Positions 18,489-28,937 are shown, counted from the stretch's first letter. The stretch: DNA of 64,000 nt from Polyangiales bacterium (GCA_045106895.1 JBGCFM010000062.1:64001-128000), one strand, 5' to 3'. Numbers and translations are program-made. Notes: generated by a model from the letters alone, not told the origin.

Positions 18489-20963
18489 GTGGACGAGCCT
18501 TTGGACCAACTGCTGAAAGAAGCAAAAGCGCTATTGCGTGACCAGCGAACGGAGGCGGCTCTGAGCGTCTTGGCGCGGCTTCTCGAGAAGGACCCAAACC
18601 ACCTCGAAGGGCTTGGCCAGAAAGGTGAAGCCCTGCGTCGTCTCGGCCGACACGCCGAAGCGCTCGCCGTGCTGGACAAGGCCATTTCTCGTGACCCGAA
18701 ATACGCGTATGCGCTGGCATCACGCGGGGATGCCCACGCACGCCTCGGCGATCGAGCCCTGGCCATCGCCGACCTGAGCGCCGCCATCGACGTCGACCCG
18801 CAATATGGATGGGCGCTCTTTCGACGCGGAGAGGTGTTCCTTGATGAAGCTCGCTACGACGACGCCATCGCCGACCTGAGTCGCGCCGAGGAACTCGACA
18901 GCCAGCGAGGCCCAGTGCTCGCCACGCGCGGGGAGGCCAAACGCCTGAAGGGCGACCTCGACGGCGCCCTCTTCGACTTTGACGCATCCATCGAACACGA
19001 ACCCGAGGTCGCGTGGGTGCTTGCGAGCCGCGCGAAGACGAAGGCGATGCTGAACGACCGGGAAGGCGCCCTCCCCGACTTTGACAAAGCCCTCAAGCTC
19101 AAGCCCGACTACCCGTGGGCACTCGCTCAACGCGGAGAGGTCCTGCGACTCCTCGGCGAACACGAGAAGGCTGTGCAAGACCTCAGCCGCGCCTTGGCAC
19201 TCGACCCGAGGAACTCATGGGCGTGGGCGAGTCGCGGCGCCTCGTACCGAGCGCTCAAGAAACGAATGGAAGCGTGGTCCGATCTCTCCCAGGCGATTCA
19301 GCTCGACGGTCGATATGCGTGGGCCTTGGCCAATCGCGGGATGGTGCTCTTCGATCTTCGCCGGTACGACGCGGCTCTCAAAGACCTCGACCGCTCCGTG
19401 GCCCTCGACCCGACGAACAGCTTCGCCATCGGTCGCCGCGCGGAAACCTACGTAGAGCTCCGTCGGCACCAGCAAGCCGTCGCCGAGTTCGAGCGGCTGC
19501 TGGAGCGTGACCCCACCGACACCTGGGCCATCGCCCATCGCGCCGACACATTGCGACTGATGGAGCGCTACGAAGAGGCCGTCGCTGGCTTCGACCGCGC
19601 CCTCGAGATGAAGCCACGTTACGCCTGGGGACTCGCCTCGCGTGCGGAGACCTACCACATGCTCGGACGCGACGATCAGTCCATCGAGGACTTCGACAAA
19701 GCGATCGAGATTCAGCCCGACTACCCTTGGGCCCGCGAAGGACGCGCTCGTTGCCTCGCCAAACGCGGGCGCAACGTAGAGGCGATGCAGGACCTCAACT
19801 GGCTCCTCGAACGACGCCCAAAGTCCGCGCGACTCCTGCGAACACGCGCTGACGTGCGCGTCTCGCTGGGCGACCTGGAACGCGCCCTCGACGACTACGA
19901 CAAGGCGCTCTGGCACGACGCGGACTCGAAGGAGACAATCGCCGGGCGCGCCGGCGTGCTTCGTCTGCTTGGACGTTTTGACGAGGCCCTCATCGCGTTG
20001 AATCGCGCCATCGAAGCAGCCCCTGCGTCTGCCATCATGCTCACTCGTCGCGGCGATTGCCTGCGCGCGTTGGAGCGAAGCGACGAAGCCCTCGAGGACT
20101 ACACGCGTGCACTCGCCCTCGACCCGAGTGAAGTAGGCGCGTTGCTCGGCCGAGCGGCGCTCTGCCAGGCGAAGCAGGACTTCGAGCAAGCGCTCACGGA
20201 CTACGACATGGTTCTCGAAAACGACCCAACGCTGCGAGAAGCGCTGGTGGGTCGCGCCGATGTCTTGGTGCACTTGGGTCGCAACGAGGAAGCCATCGAC
20301 GTCCTCGACGCGGCGATTCGACGCGAACCCGACGACGCGTGGCTTCTCGCAAGACGCGGGGAAGCCTTTCGGGCATCTGGCCAACCCATGGACGCCCTCG
20401 CCGACCTGCACAAGGCGGACGAAGCCGAGCCGAGCGACGAGTGGACGTTACGTTCGCGCGCACGCGTCTACGAGGACACCGAGCGCTTTGACCAAGCCGC
20501 ACGAGACTACGAATCGCTCATCCGCGTGTGCCCCGGTGACCCAGAATACGTCTACCGACACATTCTTGCGTTGGCCCGCTCCGGCGCCGTAAAGGCAGCT
20601 TCGGGCGCGGCCGACGACGCCGTCGCCGCAGACCCGGACCGCGCCGTCATGCACCACGCACGCGCCATTGTGCACCACCTTGCCGATGACGACTCCGAGG
20701 CCAAGCGCTCGCTCCGCCTCGCCGCGGAGCGCGCCCGCGAAGCCATCGCGGAACACGCCAGCGACGTCCTTCGCTCTTTGGAGCTTCTTCTCTACTTGGT
20801 TGCGTTGGACGAAGTCGACGAAGTCGCCAGCCTCTCGACGGCGATGCTCCGGCGGGCGAGCGAAGCGCAGCGCGAGTCTCTGATGGAGCGCCTGGAGGAG
20901 CAAAGCCGGCTCCTCGGCGAGACCGCGTCATATGGCGTCGTCCGCGAGCGACTTCGCCCGTGA
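18489..20963 (+). CDS. Tetratricopeptide repeat protein (about 20 TPRs)
   Basis: 34-aa periodic YAWALA.RG....L..Y..A..D...A..LDP repeats. No signal peptide. Confidence 0.9.
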   Translation: MDEPLDQLLKEAKALLRDQRTEAALSVLARLLEKDPNHLEGLGQKGEALRRLGRHAEALAVLDKAISRDPKYAYALASRGDAHARLGDRALAIADLSAAIDVDPQYGWALFRRGEVFLDEARYDDAIADLSRAEELDSQRGPVLATRGEAKRLKGDLDGALFDFDASIEHEPEVAWVLASRAKTKAMLNDREGALPDFDKALKLKPDYPWALAQRGEVLRLLGEHEKAVQDLSRALALDPRNSWAWASRGASYRALKKRMEAWSDLSQAIQLDGRYAWALANRGMVLFDLRRYDAALKDLDRSVALDPTNSFAIGRRAETYVELRRHQQAVAEFERLLERDPTDTWAIAHRADTLRLMERYEEAVAGFDRALEMKPRYAWGLASRAETYHMLGRDDQSIEDFDKAIEIQPDYPWAREGRARCLAKRGRNVEAMQDLNWLLERRPKSARLLRTRADVRVSLGDLERALDDYDKALWHDADSKETIAGRAGVLRLLGRFDEALIALNRAIEAAPASAIMLTRRGDCLRALERSDEALEDYTRALALDPSEVGALLGRAALCQAKQDFEQALTDYDMVLENDPTLREALVGRADVLVHLGRNEEAIDVLDAAIRREPDDAWLLARRGEAFRASGQPMDALADLHKADEAEPSDEWTLRSRARVYEDTERFDQAARDYESLIRVCPGDPEYVYRHILALARSGAVKAASGAADDAVAADPDRAVMHHARAIVHHLADDDSEAKRSLRLAAERAREAIAEHASDVLRSLELLLYLVALDEVDEVASLSTAMLRRASEAQRESLMERLEEQSRLLGETASYGVVRERLRP

Positions 20964-22108
20964 GCCATCAGTCTGGCCCCACGCTAACGATACCTGCGGG
21001 CGAGCAGAAGCGTCAGAAGGTCGGCCTCGGTCTCCTGATCGTCGGTTGCGTCTTCGGCACGGCGTTGGGCGCGCTCTTCATGGCACCGGCGCTCATAGAC
21101 GGTGCCTGCGGCGCCATGTGCCTCGGAATGGTGCTCGCCTTTCCCGCCGCAGCCATGTACCTGACGGTGCCGCGGCTTCTCGATCGCTACGATCCAGAAC
21201 CCTGGTACGCCCTCTTCGGATGCCTCGTCTGGGGCGGCACGGCGGCGGCAGGTTTCTCCATCGCGATCAACAGCACCGTCGGCGCCGTCGCTCTGAGCGT
21301 CAGCGGCGATGAGCAGTTCGCAGACATCGTTGGCGCGGTCGTCTCTGCGCCTATCACCGAAGAGTTCTTTAAGGCCGTCGGCATATTCGGGGTGTTCTAT
21401 TTTCTGCGCCGCGAGTTCGACGGCATCGTCGATGGGATCATCTACGCGACGTTCATCGCACTTGGCTTCGCCGCTGTGGAGAACATCCTCTACTACGGCC
21501 GCGCCGCCCAAGCGGGCGAGCTCACCGGCGTGTTTATCGCGCGAGGCATTCTCTTTCCGTGGGGACACCCCGTCTACACTTCGATGACGGGCATTGGCTT
21601 CGGCTTAGCGCGCGAATCTGAGAAGGCCTGGGTTCGAAGACTCGCGCCGTTCCTCGGCTTCGGTGGCGCCATCATGCTTCATGCGATGTGGAACGCTTCC
21701 GCCTCCTTCGCTGAGGCCTCCGGAGGCATCTACTTCGTATGCTCCCTCGGCATCTGGTTCCTCTTCGTCGTCTGCTTCATCATCCTCATCATCGTGTTGG
21801 TGCGGCGCCGGGGCCGCGTGATTCGACAGTTCCTCACCGACGAGGTCGCCCTCGGCAACCTCTCGTGGGCCGAAGTGGAGCTCGTTTGCGATGCCTTTGG
21901 GGTCTTCAAGGCACGCATGAGACATGGTCGTCTCGGCATGGACTTCGTGCGAGCGGCGGCGAGGCTCGCCCTTTCGAAGTGGCATGCTACGCGTGCTCAC
22001 CGTGAACAGAAGTACACCGTGAGCATGGACTTTATTGTACCCCTCCGGCAGCGACTCAAAGTGCTGCGTGACGAGTTTACTTTGAGACAACAACAAGGCC
22101 GACGATGA
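20960..22108 (+). CDS. PrsW-family glutamic intramembrane protease
   Basis: APITEEFFK, GFAAVEN, HPVYTS and HAMWN motifs; multiple TM helices. Confidence 0.9.
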   Translation: MSHQSGPTLTIPAGEQKRQKVGLGLLIVGCVFGTALGALFMAPALIDGACGAMCLGMVLAFPAAAMYLTVPRLLDRYDPEPWYALFGCLVWGGTAAAGFSIAINSTVGAVALSVSGDEQFADIVGAVVSAPITEEFFKAVGIFGVFYFLRREFDGIVDGIIYATFIALGFAAVENILYYGRAAQAGELTGVFIARGILFPWGHPVYTSMTGIGFGLARESEKAWVRRLAPFLGFGGAIMLHAMWNASASFAEASGGIYFVCSLGIWFLFVVCFIILIIVLVRRRGRVIRQFLTDEVALGNLSWAEVELVCDAFGVFKARMRHGRLGMDFVRAAARLALSKWHATRAHREQKYTVSMDFIVPLRQRLKVLRDEFTLRQQQGRR

Positions 22109-23172
22109 ATCTCTTCGCCACATGCCTCCCCGGACTCGAAGACGTGCTTTCCGCGGAGCTACAAGAAAAACGCATCGGCTCGAATCACTCCACCATTCCT
22201 GGGGGCGTCGAGTTTGAAGGCGAGCTCCTCGACATGGGCCGCGCGAATCGTGAGCTCGGGGTCGCGCAGAATATCCGCGTTCGCATCGCATCCTTCGGGG
22301 CCACAAAGCTGCCCCAACTGACCAACAAAGCGAAGACGGTTCCCTTCGAGGAGTGGCTTGTTCGCGATCAACCACTGCGGGTTCGTGTCACGAGTCGCAA
22401 GTCACGCCTCTACCATACAGGCGCCGTCAAAGAGCGCATCTTGCGCGGCGTCCATGAACGCCTCGGTGGCGAAACCGAGGAAGGCGACGGGCAGCAGGTC
22501 CTCGTCCGCGTCAGCGACAACCAGGTCACTATTTCCTTCGACACGAGCGGCCCGCCGCTTCATCGCCGCGGCTATCGCCTGGCCTCCGGAAAGGCGCCAC
22601 TTCGCGAAGACCTCGCTTGCGCGCTTTTGCGTGTCAGTGGATGGGACCGCCACTCCCAGCTCGTTGACCCGATGATGGGCTCCGGAACCATCGCCATCGA
22701 AGCCGCAATGCTCGCCGCCGGCGTAGCCCCGGGCGGCAATCGCCGGTTCGCTTTTGAAGTCGCGCCTATCTGTAGCTCCCTTGAGCTTCCCGCTCTTGTC
22801 GCGGAAGGAAGCGCGCCTATCTTCGCAAGCGACCGCGATGCCGGCGCGCTCGAGTCCGCGAGCTCAAACGCAGAGAGAGCCGGCGTCCGAGAGATGCTCA
22901 CGCTCAACGAAGCGCCCCTCTCCGCCGCGCCCGGTCTGGACGCAGACGCCGGCTGGATTGTGACGAACCCGCCTTACGGGAAACGTATGGGGAAGAAGCT
23001 CCAGCCACTCTTCCAGCGCCTCGGGACCGTCCTACGTGAACGAAGTGACTGGAAGTTTGCGTGCGTCTTTCCCGACGGTGACCTGCCACGACGCATGGGC
23101 GTCAACTTGAAGAGCGCCTTGATGAGCGACCACGGCGGGACGAAGGTTCGGTTCTTCCGTCGCGTCGACTAG
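22105..23172 (+). CDS. THUMP-domain RNA m2G methyltransferase (stand-alone RlmL-like)
   Basis: FATCLPGLE, DTSGPPLHRRGYR, KAPLREDLA, DPMMGSGTIAIEAA, TNPPYG. Confidence 0.9.
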   Translation: MNLFATCLPGLEDVLSAELQEKRIGSNHSTIPGGVEFEGELLDMGRANRELGVAQNIRVRIASFGATKLPQLTNKAKTVPFEEWLVRDQPLRVRVTSRKSRLYHTGAVKERILRGVHERLGGETEEGDGQQVLVRVSDNQVTISFDTSGPPLHRRGYRLASGKAPLREDLACALLRVSGWDRHSQLVDPMMGSGTIAIEAAMLAAGVAPGGNRRFAFEVAPICSSLELPALVAEGSAPIFASDRDAGALESASSNAERAGVREMLTLNEAPLSAAPGLDADAGWIVTNPPYGKRMGKKLQPLFQRLGTVLRERSDWKFACVFPDGDLPRRMGVNLKSALMSDHGGTKVRFFRRVD

Positions 23173-23180
23173 TCGGCGAA

Positions 23181-23561
23181 CTAGGGCGTGCACTCACCTT
23201 TGGCGTCGCCGGTGATGCGGTGTCGCATGGACTCATGGTAGGCGGTCCAACGCTCGGCGATGTCGTCTGGAACATTGTGCGCGCCGAAGGCGTTCTTCAG
23301 AATCATGAGTCGCCGATCAAACTGGCCGCCCATGATTCGATGCGAGCCATGTGCACGCTCTAACGTTCGACCTTCGTATACGATGCCCGCGCCAAGGTGC
23401 TCGGCGGCGTGCTGGTACTCGAACTTCTTCACGCGCTCGCGCTTATTACGCGGGAAAAGAAAGCCGATCATCATGTCGTCAAAACAGCCGTCCACGAAGT
23501 CGTTGATGAGGGCGCGAAGGGGCGCTTCGCCGCCGAGGCGCTCAAAGTCTGTGGTGCTCAT
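23181..23561 (-). CDS. Group I-like truncated hemoglobin
   Basis: FERLGGEAPLRALINDF, IGFLF, YEGRTLERAH (proximal His); 126 aa. Confidence 0.85.
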   Translation of the reverse strand: MSTTDFERLGGEAPLRALINDFVDGCFDDMMIGFLFPRNKRERVKKFEYQHAAEHLGAGIVYEGRTLERAHGSHRIMGGQFDRRLMILKNAFGAHNVPDDIAERWTAYHESMRHRITGDAKGECTP

Positions 23562-23564
23562 TGT

Positions 23565-24425
23565 TCATTCACTTGTGACGGGCTCATCGAAGACAAACGC
23601 GCGCGTCGATTCAAAGACGAGTGTCGCCGAAAGCTGAGAGCAAGTATCGGAAGCCGGGTCGTATCCGAGGTCGACCCAGTTTGGGAGGAGGCTCTCAAGG
23701 ATTCCTGAGACTTGAATCTCTTGCATCATGTCCGCCTGGACCGCGAGGTCGACGACGTCCTGTCCGTCGATGGCGCCAGCGACCACACCGCTCCATTCGC
23801 CTTCCGGTGTCACCTCTGCGCGAATCTTCGCCCCATGGAGGCGAAGGTCGAAGAACACGTTGAAGAAGGCCATGGGCATGGTGAGTTCGAAAGGCTCTGT
23901 CTCCAGGGCGCCGTTGACGATGCTCGCGGGAACAAAGGTCGTCTCACTCTCCGTGTCGCGGTCAAAGGTCTGACCTGACACGATGAATCCGTCGCCGCCG
24001 ACATCTGGGCGACCGGTACCGAGGAACACCTCGAGCATCACGCTCTCGTCGTTCTCCCAGTCGTCGACGCCCGTAACGCCGAACATCATCAGCAAACGCC
24101 CTTCGTTGATGGTGCCCTGGATGATTCCCTCGACGGTTCCCGCCTGGAAGAAGCTCTCGACGAGTTCGAAGAGAAAGGCGAAGGCGTTGTCGACGCCACG
24201 CCGTCCGTCCGGCGCGATGAAGTCCTCTTGAAAGCAGGTCCCTTCTTCCATCATTTGGGTATCGACGCCGTCTAGATCGACGCCGACGCTGATGTCGGGG
24301 CCGTCTTCTACCTCCGCTTCGCGGGCCGCGAAGGTCACCTCGCGGGCGACGACCATGAGCTCGTCGCCACCGCCGACATCTGCCGCGCAAGCGCCAAGCA
24401 CGAAAAGAACGAGTAGGTTCTTCAT
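23565..24425 (-). CDS. Hypothetical acidic lipoprotein
   Basis: Lipobox VLGAC; GVDLDG and GVDN motifs; translationally coupled to the DUF1552 gene. Confidence 0.8.
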   Translation of the reverse strand: MKNLLVLFVLGACAADVGGGDELMVVAREVTFAAREAEVEDGPDISVGVDLDGVDTQMMEEGTCFQEDFIAPDGRRGVDNAFAFLFELVESFFQAGTVEGIIQGTINEGRLLMMFGVTGVDDWENDESVMLEVFLGTGRPDVGGDGFIVSGQTFDRDTESETTFVPASIVNGALETEPFELTMPMAFFNVFFDLRLHGAKIRAEVTPEGEWSGVVAGAIDGQDVVDLAVQADMMQEIQVSGILESLLPNWVDLGYDPASDTCSQLSATLVFESTRAFVFDEPVTSE

Positions 24426-25804
24426 GCCTCAAGCTCCGCGACGCTGTCGGTGACGAAGCCCTCTTCTTGCCCGATGTCCGCCAAAGGCAATCCCATGGCG
24501 CGAGCGATGGTCAGGTTGACGCGGGCCGCGTTGTCACCTTCGGAGCGATAGTGAAAGCCCGTCCGCATTCGTCCGCATCCACGGCCGAAGAGCAAAACAG
24601 GGAAGTCGTCCAGGCTGTGGAGCCTTGGGTTTGAGGCGTCCGTGGAGGCCAGGACGATGGAGTTATCGAGGAGGCTTCCGTCGCCTTCGGGGATGGCGCG
24701 AAACGCCTCCACGAAACGAGCAAGAGTGCCCGTGATGTACTTCACCACCTCGTTCGTTCGCCACATCTCTCCGCGCCCGGACCCGTCGTCGAGGGGCTCA
24801 TTGTGCGTGAGGTCATGGTGACCCCGAAGAACCCCATCCAGCTCGATGCCGTCGATGGGGAAGACCGCGTCCGCAACGGACGGCGAGAGCACGTGGGAGA
24901 CAATGCGCGTCTGGTCGCAAGCGAGCGCCATCGCAAGAAGCCCCGACATTGCTACGTTCACAGCATCGACGTCGGGTCGACCACGCTCATCGTCGGCAAA
25001 GGTCGCCGGGGGCGCGTCCGGAAGTGCGCAGGCTGCGTAGTTCGGCGGCTCATCTTCGAGGCGCGCGATACGAAGCTCTAGCTCGCGCACGTTGCTCAAA
25101 TGTTGGTCCATGCGCCGTCGATCTTCTGCACCAAGACGAGGGAGGAGCCGGCGTTGCTGTGTCATCACGGCGTCGAGAACACTGCGCCGGAGTGCCAGGG
25201 TTGGATCGATGACCGCGGTTTCTCCGGGAAGCCGAAAGCCCGCGCCAAAGAGTCGTTCGAAGAGCGCCGCAGGAGAGGACTCGGAGGGCAGATGTTGACC
25301 AGGGCCGGCCACGGAGATCGACCCTGCGTTGCTGAGCGCCGCCGTCTGCAAAGAACGGAAGCGAGTCTCGCCCCCCAGCTCCGCCGCCAAGAGCTGGTCG
25401 AGAGATGGCGCCTGCCAGCGCTCCACTTCGCCCATGACTTCCAGCGGCGCGCAGCTGAAGAAACCGGTACGCGCAGAGTGATGAGGAATACGCCCCGTAG
25501 TCTTCACGTCGAAGCCGCTCACCACGGTCATGTCGTCGCGGACCGACTCAAGAGGTGCGAGCTGCTCCGTGAGCTCGTAGTCCGCGCCCATCGTCGATGG
25601 CGTCCAGAACCACGGAAGCACGCCGTTGCCCCAGAAGAACTGGATGTAGCGACGTGGAAAAGCGCCGCCGTCCGCGTAGGCTGTGCCGTTTTCGTTGAGG
25701 AAGATCTCCAACATCGGGAGACCGACCGCGACGGTGGCTCCGCCGAGCATTCCGCGCAGCATGCTACGTCGATGAAGTCCGCGTGCTTTGGTGTGGCGAG
25801 TCAT
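24422..25804 (-). CDS. DUF1552-family protein with Tat signal
   Basis: Tat motif HRRSMLRG..GATVAVGLPMLE; FWGNG, SLDQLLA, MALACDQTR, HHDLTH, GSLLDNS. Confidence 0.9.
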   Translation of the reverse strand: MTRHTKARGLHRRSMLRGMLGGATVAVGLPMLEIFLNENGTAYADGGAFPRRYIQFFWGNGVLPWFWTPSTMGADYELTEQLAPLESVRDDMTVVSGFDVKTTGRIPHHSARTGFFSCAPLEVMGEVERWQAPSLDQLLAAELGGETRFRSLQTAALSNAGSISVAGPGQHLPSESSPAALFERLFGAGFRLPGETAVIDPTLALRRSVLDAVMTQQRRLLPRLGAEDRRRMDQHLSNVRELELRIARLEDEPPNYAACALPDAPPATFADDERGRPDVDAVNVAMSGLLAMALACDQTRIVSHVLSPSVADAVFPIDGIELDGVLRGHHDLTHNEPLDDGSGRGEMWRTNEVVKYITGTLARFVEAFRAIPEGDGSLLDNSIVLASTDASNPRLHSLDDFPVLLFGRGCGRMRTGFHYRSEGDNAARVNLTIARAMGLPLADIGQEEGFVTDSVAELEA

Positions 25805-27390
25805 GGGCGTGCCTCCGCGACGCGAGAAAAGGAATCGTGAAGCGCGACGGCGCGCATCAACTCAAGAATGCGATATCCGCTCTCCGCGAATCGCGACTCG
25901 ATCTCCACAATCGCCTCCTCTTCGAGGCCTGTGTTTCGGTGACCGTGGGCGTAGCGGTAGAAGTTCGCGGCGGCGCAGCGCATGGCCTCCTGGTCGTGCG
26001 CGAGTGCTTGGCCAAACTCCTCTGGGGTCTCGAAGTCCACGCCATCCACATCGCCGGAGGCGTCGATGAGCGCGCCGTTGTCATGGGTTCGGTAGCGGCC
26101 GATGGCGTCGAAGTTCTCGAGGCCGAGGCCGAGCGGGTCCATCCGCCGATGACACTGGGCGCAGCTGTCTTCTTCTAGGTGGCGCTGCACGCGGTCACGT
26201 AAGGTCGCTGCGCCAACGATGGGCTCGGGAATGGACGTGTCGACGTTGACCGGCGGCGCGGGGATCTCGCCGCAGAGCAATACTCGACGCACGAAGATGC
26301 CGCGGAGCGTCGCCGATGATGAAGCGACATGCGAGTTGAGCGCGAGGAAGCTGACGTGGCCGAGTATACCGCTGCGGCCGGACGACGGCGCATGCTCGTA
26401 GCGCGCAAAGCCCTCCCGCGCCGGTGCTTGAACACCATAGATCGACGCGAGCTTGCGGTTGAGGAACGTGGTTCGCGTGGTGAAGAGTTCACGATAGTCA
26501 CCTGAATCCTCAAAGGTCAGCCACTCGACAACACGGAGCGTTTCCTCCCGCGCCGACGGTCCAACCTCTGGGCTCATATGTGGGAAACTGAGCGGGTCCT
26601 TCCGAAGAGAAGTCAGCCCTTCGAGCTGAAGGACGTCGTCGAAAAGCGCACGCACGCCTGCGTGAGCCCGCGGCGCCGCGAGCATACGTTCAACTTGTCG
26701 CTCCAAAAAAATCGGATTGCTCAAGTCTCCACGAGACGCGACGTCGAGGAGCTCGTCGTCGGGGGCCGCGTTCCAGAGAAAGTAAGAGAGACGAGCGGCG
26801 TGCTCCCACGGAGTCAGGCGGTAGACTCCGCCCTCTGCGCGGGCCCCGATTTCGGAACGGTAAAGAAAGTGGGGGGAAAGCAGAAGCGCGGCAATGGCGT
26901 ACCGGAACCCTCCGCGAAAACTCCCTTCCACGACGGACGCCGCTCGGGCGATCTCACCGAGTTCGTCGAGTTCGCGGCCGGTCAAGGGACGACGCCACAG
27001 GCGACGGCCATTCACGCGAAGGTAGTCGCGCGCGCAGTCTGGGTCGTCGCACCCGATGTCGGTGGCGACCACTTGCTCCGCCACGACGTACGCGACGTCT
27101 TCGTACTGCTCGACGCCTCGGGCCGAGACCGTCGTCTCACCAGCGCCGATCGCCAGGAGACCACTGGCGCGTTCATCAGGCGCAAGAGCCCCGGAGACGC
27201 TGATCTCGTCGCCGAAGACGTCCTGCACCGCGGTGATGTATTGGTCCCGGGTTAAGCGTCGCATTCGCCCTTCGTCGGGGCTAAACGCTGCCAATTCGGG
27301 GCTTTCGATGGTCGTCGTGGGCTCGGCGATCTCGCCGTCGCAGCCCGTGGCGAGGACTAGAGCCATGGCGCATAGGGTTCGCAACCGCAT
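25801..27390 (-). CDS. DUF1592/DUF1588/DUF1587-family lipoprotein with a CxxCH motif
   Basis: Lipobox LATGC; RRLTRDQY, LLSPHFLYRSE, RLSYFLWNAAPD, SSATLRG, CAQCHRRMDPLGLGLENFDAIG. Confidence 0.9.
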   Translation of the reverse strand: MRLRTLCAMALVLATGCDGEIAEPTTTIESPELAAFSPDEGRMRRLTRDQYITAVQDVFGDEISVSGALAPDERASGLLAIGAGETTVSARGVEQYEDVAYVVAEQVVATDIGCDDPDCARDYLRVNGRRLWRRPLTGRELDELGEIARAASVVEGSFRGGFRYAIAALLLSPHFLYRSEIGARAEGGVYRLTPWEHAARLSYFLWNAAPDDELLDVASRGDLSNPIFLERQVERMLAAPRAHAGVRALFDDVLQLEGLTSLRKDPLSFPHMSPEVGPSAREETLRVVEWLTFEDSGDYRELFTTRTTFLNRKLASIYGVQAPAREGFARYEHAPSSGRSGILGHVSFLALNSHVASSSATLRGIFVRRVLLCGEIPAPPVNVDTSIPEPIVGAATLRDRVQRHLEEDSCAQCHRRMDPLGLGLENFDAIGRYRTHDNGALIDASGDVDGVDFETPEEFGQALAHDQEAMRCAAANFYRYAHGHRNTGLEEEAIVEIESRFAESGYRILELMRAVALHDSFSRVAEARP

Positions 27391-27500
27391 AGGCCCCGTT
27401 ATACCACGGCATTTCGGGGTCGGCCCTTTCGCGGCGCCTTGGACTCCTCCAAGGGCGTTGAACCCACTTGGCACCCGCATTTCTGATAGGTTTTGCCGCT

Positions 27501-28937
27501 GTGAGTGACGACGACGCATGGGCAGAGGAACTTATCGGGTCGACACTCGTCGATCGCTATCGCGTCGATGAGGTCATCGGGCGTGGCGGGATGGGTGTCG
27601 TTCTCGCGGCCACACATCTGAAGCTGCAGCGCCCCGTCGCCATCAAGATGATGCACCCGATGCTCTCGCGTGACTCCACGATCATGCAGCGCTTTCACCA
27701 GGAGGCTCGCGCCGCGGCGAGCGTTGGATCGGATGGTGTCGTCGAGGTCAGTGATTTCGACGACGACCCAGAGCATGGCCCTTTCTTGGTCATGGAGCTT
27801 CTGCGCGGGGAGTCCCTCGTCGATGTGCTCAAAGATGGACGCGTCGAACCACCAAGAGCCATTTGGATCGTCGGACAACTCCTCGACGTGCTCCAGGCCG
27901 TTCACGCCAAGGGCATCATTCACCGAGACTTAAAGCCGCCAAATGTCTTTCTGCATCAAGACGAAGCGGGCGGCGAAGTCGTCAAGGTTGTGGACTTCGG
28001 TATCGCCAAAGTGCACGCACGTCACCTGACGATGACGGGTCAAATCGTCGGGACGCCGCGCTTCATGGCGCCGGAGCAAGCTCGCGGCGACGATGTCGAC
28101 CATCGCATCGACCTCTACGGCGCGGGCCTCCTCCTCTACTGCGCGCTGACTGGGCTTCCCCCCTATGCGACGGTGCCCGCACGAAAGGTGATCGAGCGTA
28201 TCAGTCAGGGCCCCCCCTCTCTGCGCACCTTGCGACCAGACCTCCCAGGCGCCCTCCTGGATGTCGTGGACAGAGCACTCGAGCCCGATCCTGAGAATCG
28301 CTTTCAAAGCGCGGAAGCGATGGCGGACGCCCTCCGAGCCGTGGACCTTGAGGGCCCGCCACCAAGAGATACGATCCGCTCCGATGCCCCACCGGTCTTC
28401 GCTCCAAAGAAGGCCGAGCCAACGTCCGAAGCCGGGGGGCTCGATGCAGCGAACTTGGCGGCCTCTTCACCGGGGGAACTCCACGAACCCAGCGAAGCCA
28501 TCGTTGTTCCTCAACGACACGGCTGGAAATACCTCGTGGTCCTAGCCGTCCTCGGCGGGCTCGGTGCCGGCGCGTTCTTCTACATAAAATCCCAAGAGTC
28601 GCTGTCGATCCGCGCGGCGCTAGAAAGCGAAGGAAGCTGCGGAGTCCCTCAAGGGGACGTGAGCATCCTGCCAACGACCACCGGTTTTCTCTTCGAAGAG
28701 CGGGACGCCGACAACCCCGAACGCCTCCACATCGAAGAGCGCGGCGACCTCTATCACGTCAGCGTCGGCGCCAGCACCGAAGGGTACGGAGACGAGGTTC
28801 GGCCAGGCACAGGTCCGCGCCACATCGAGGTGCGGGCGCTCTCCAGCGAGAGCGTCGACCTTCGTCTTCACCGTATTACGCTGGTCGGGCCCGAGGGCCC
28901 CTGCGTCATCACCGGCGAGATTCGTTCGACGCCTTAG
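27501..28937 (+). CDS. Membrane-anchored Ser/Thr protein kinase
   Basis: IGRGGMG, VAIK, HRDLKPPN, DFG, GTPRFMAPE; one TM helix followed by a C-terminal domain. Confidence 0.95.
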   Translation: MSDDDAWAEELIGSTLVDRYRVDEVIGRGGMGVVLAATHLKLQRPVAIKMMHPMLSRDSTIMQRFHQEARAAASVGSDGVVEVSDFDDDPEHGPFLVMELLRGESLVDVLKDGRVEPPRAIWIVGQLLDVLQAVHAKGIIHRDLKPPNVFLHQDEAGGEVVKVVDFGIAKVHARHLTMTGQIVGTPRFMAPEQARGDDVDHRIDLYGAGLLLYCALTGLPPYATVPARKVIERISQGPPSLRTLRPDLPGALLDVVDRALEPDPENRFQSAEAMADALRAVDLEGPPPRDTIRSDAPPVFAPKKAEPTSEAGGLDAANLAASSPGELHEPSEAIVVPQRHGWKYLVVLAVLGGLGAGAFFYIKSQESLSIRAALESEGSCGVPQGDVSILPTTTGFLFEERDADNPERLHIEERGDLYHVSVGASTEGYGDEVRPGTGPRHIEVRALSSESVDLRLHRITLVGPEGPCVITGEIRSTP

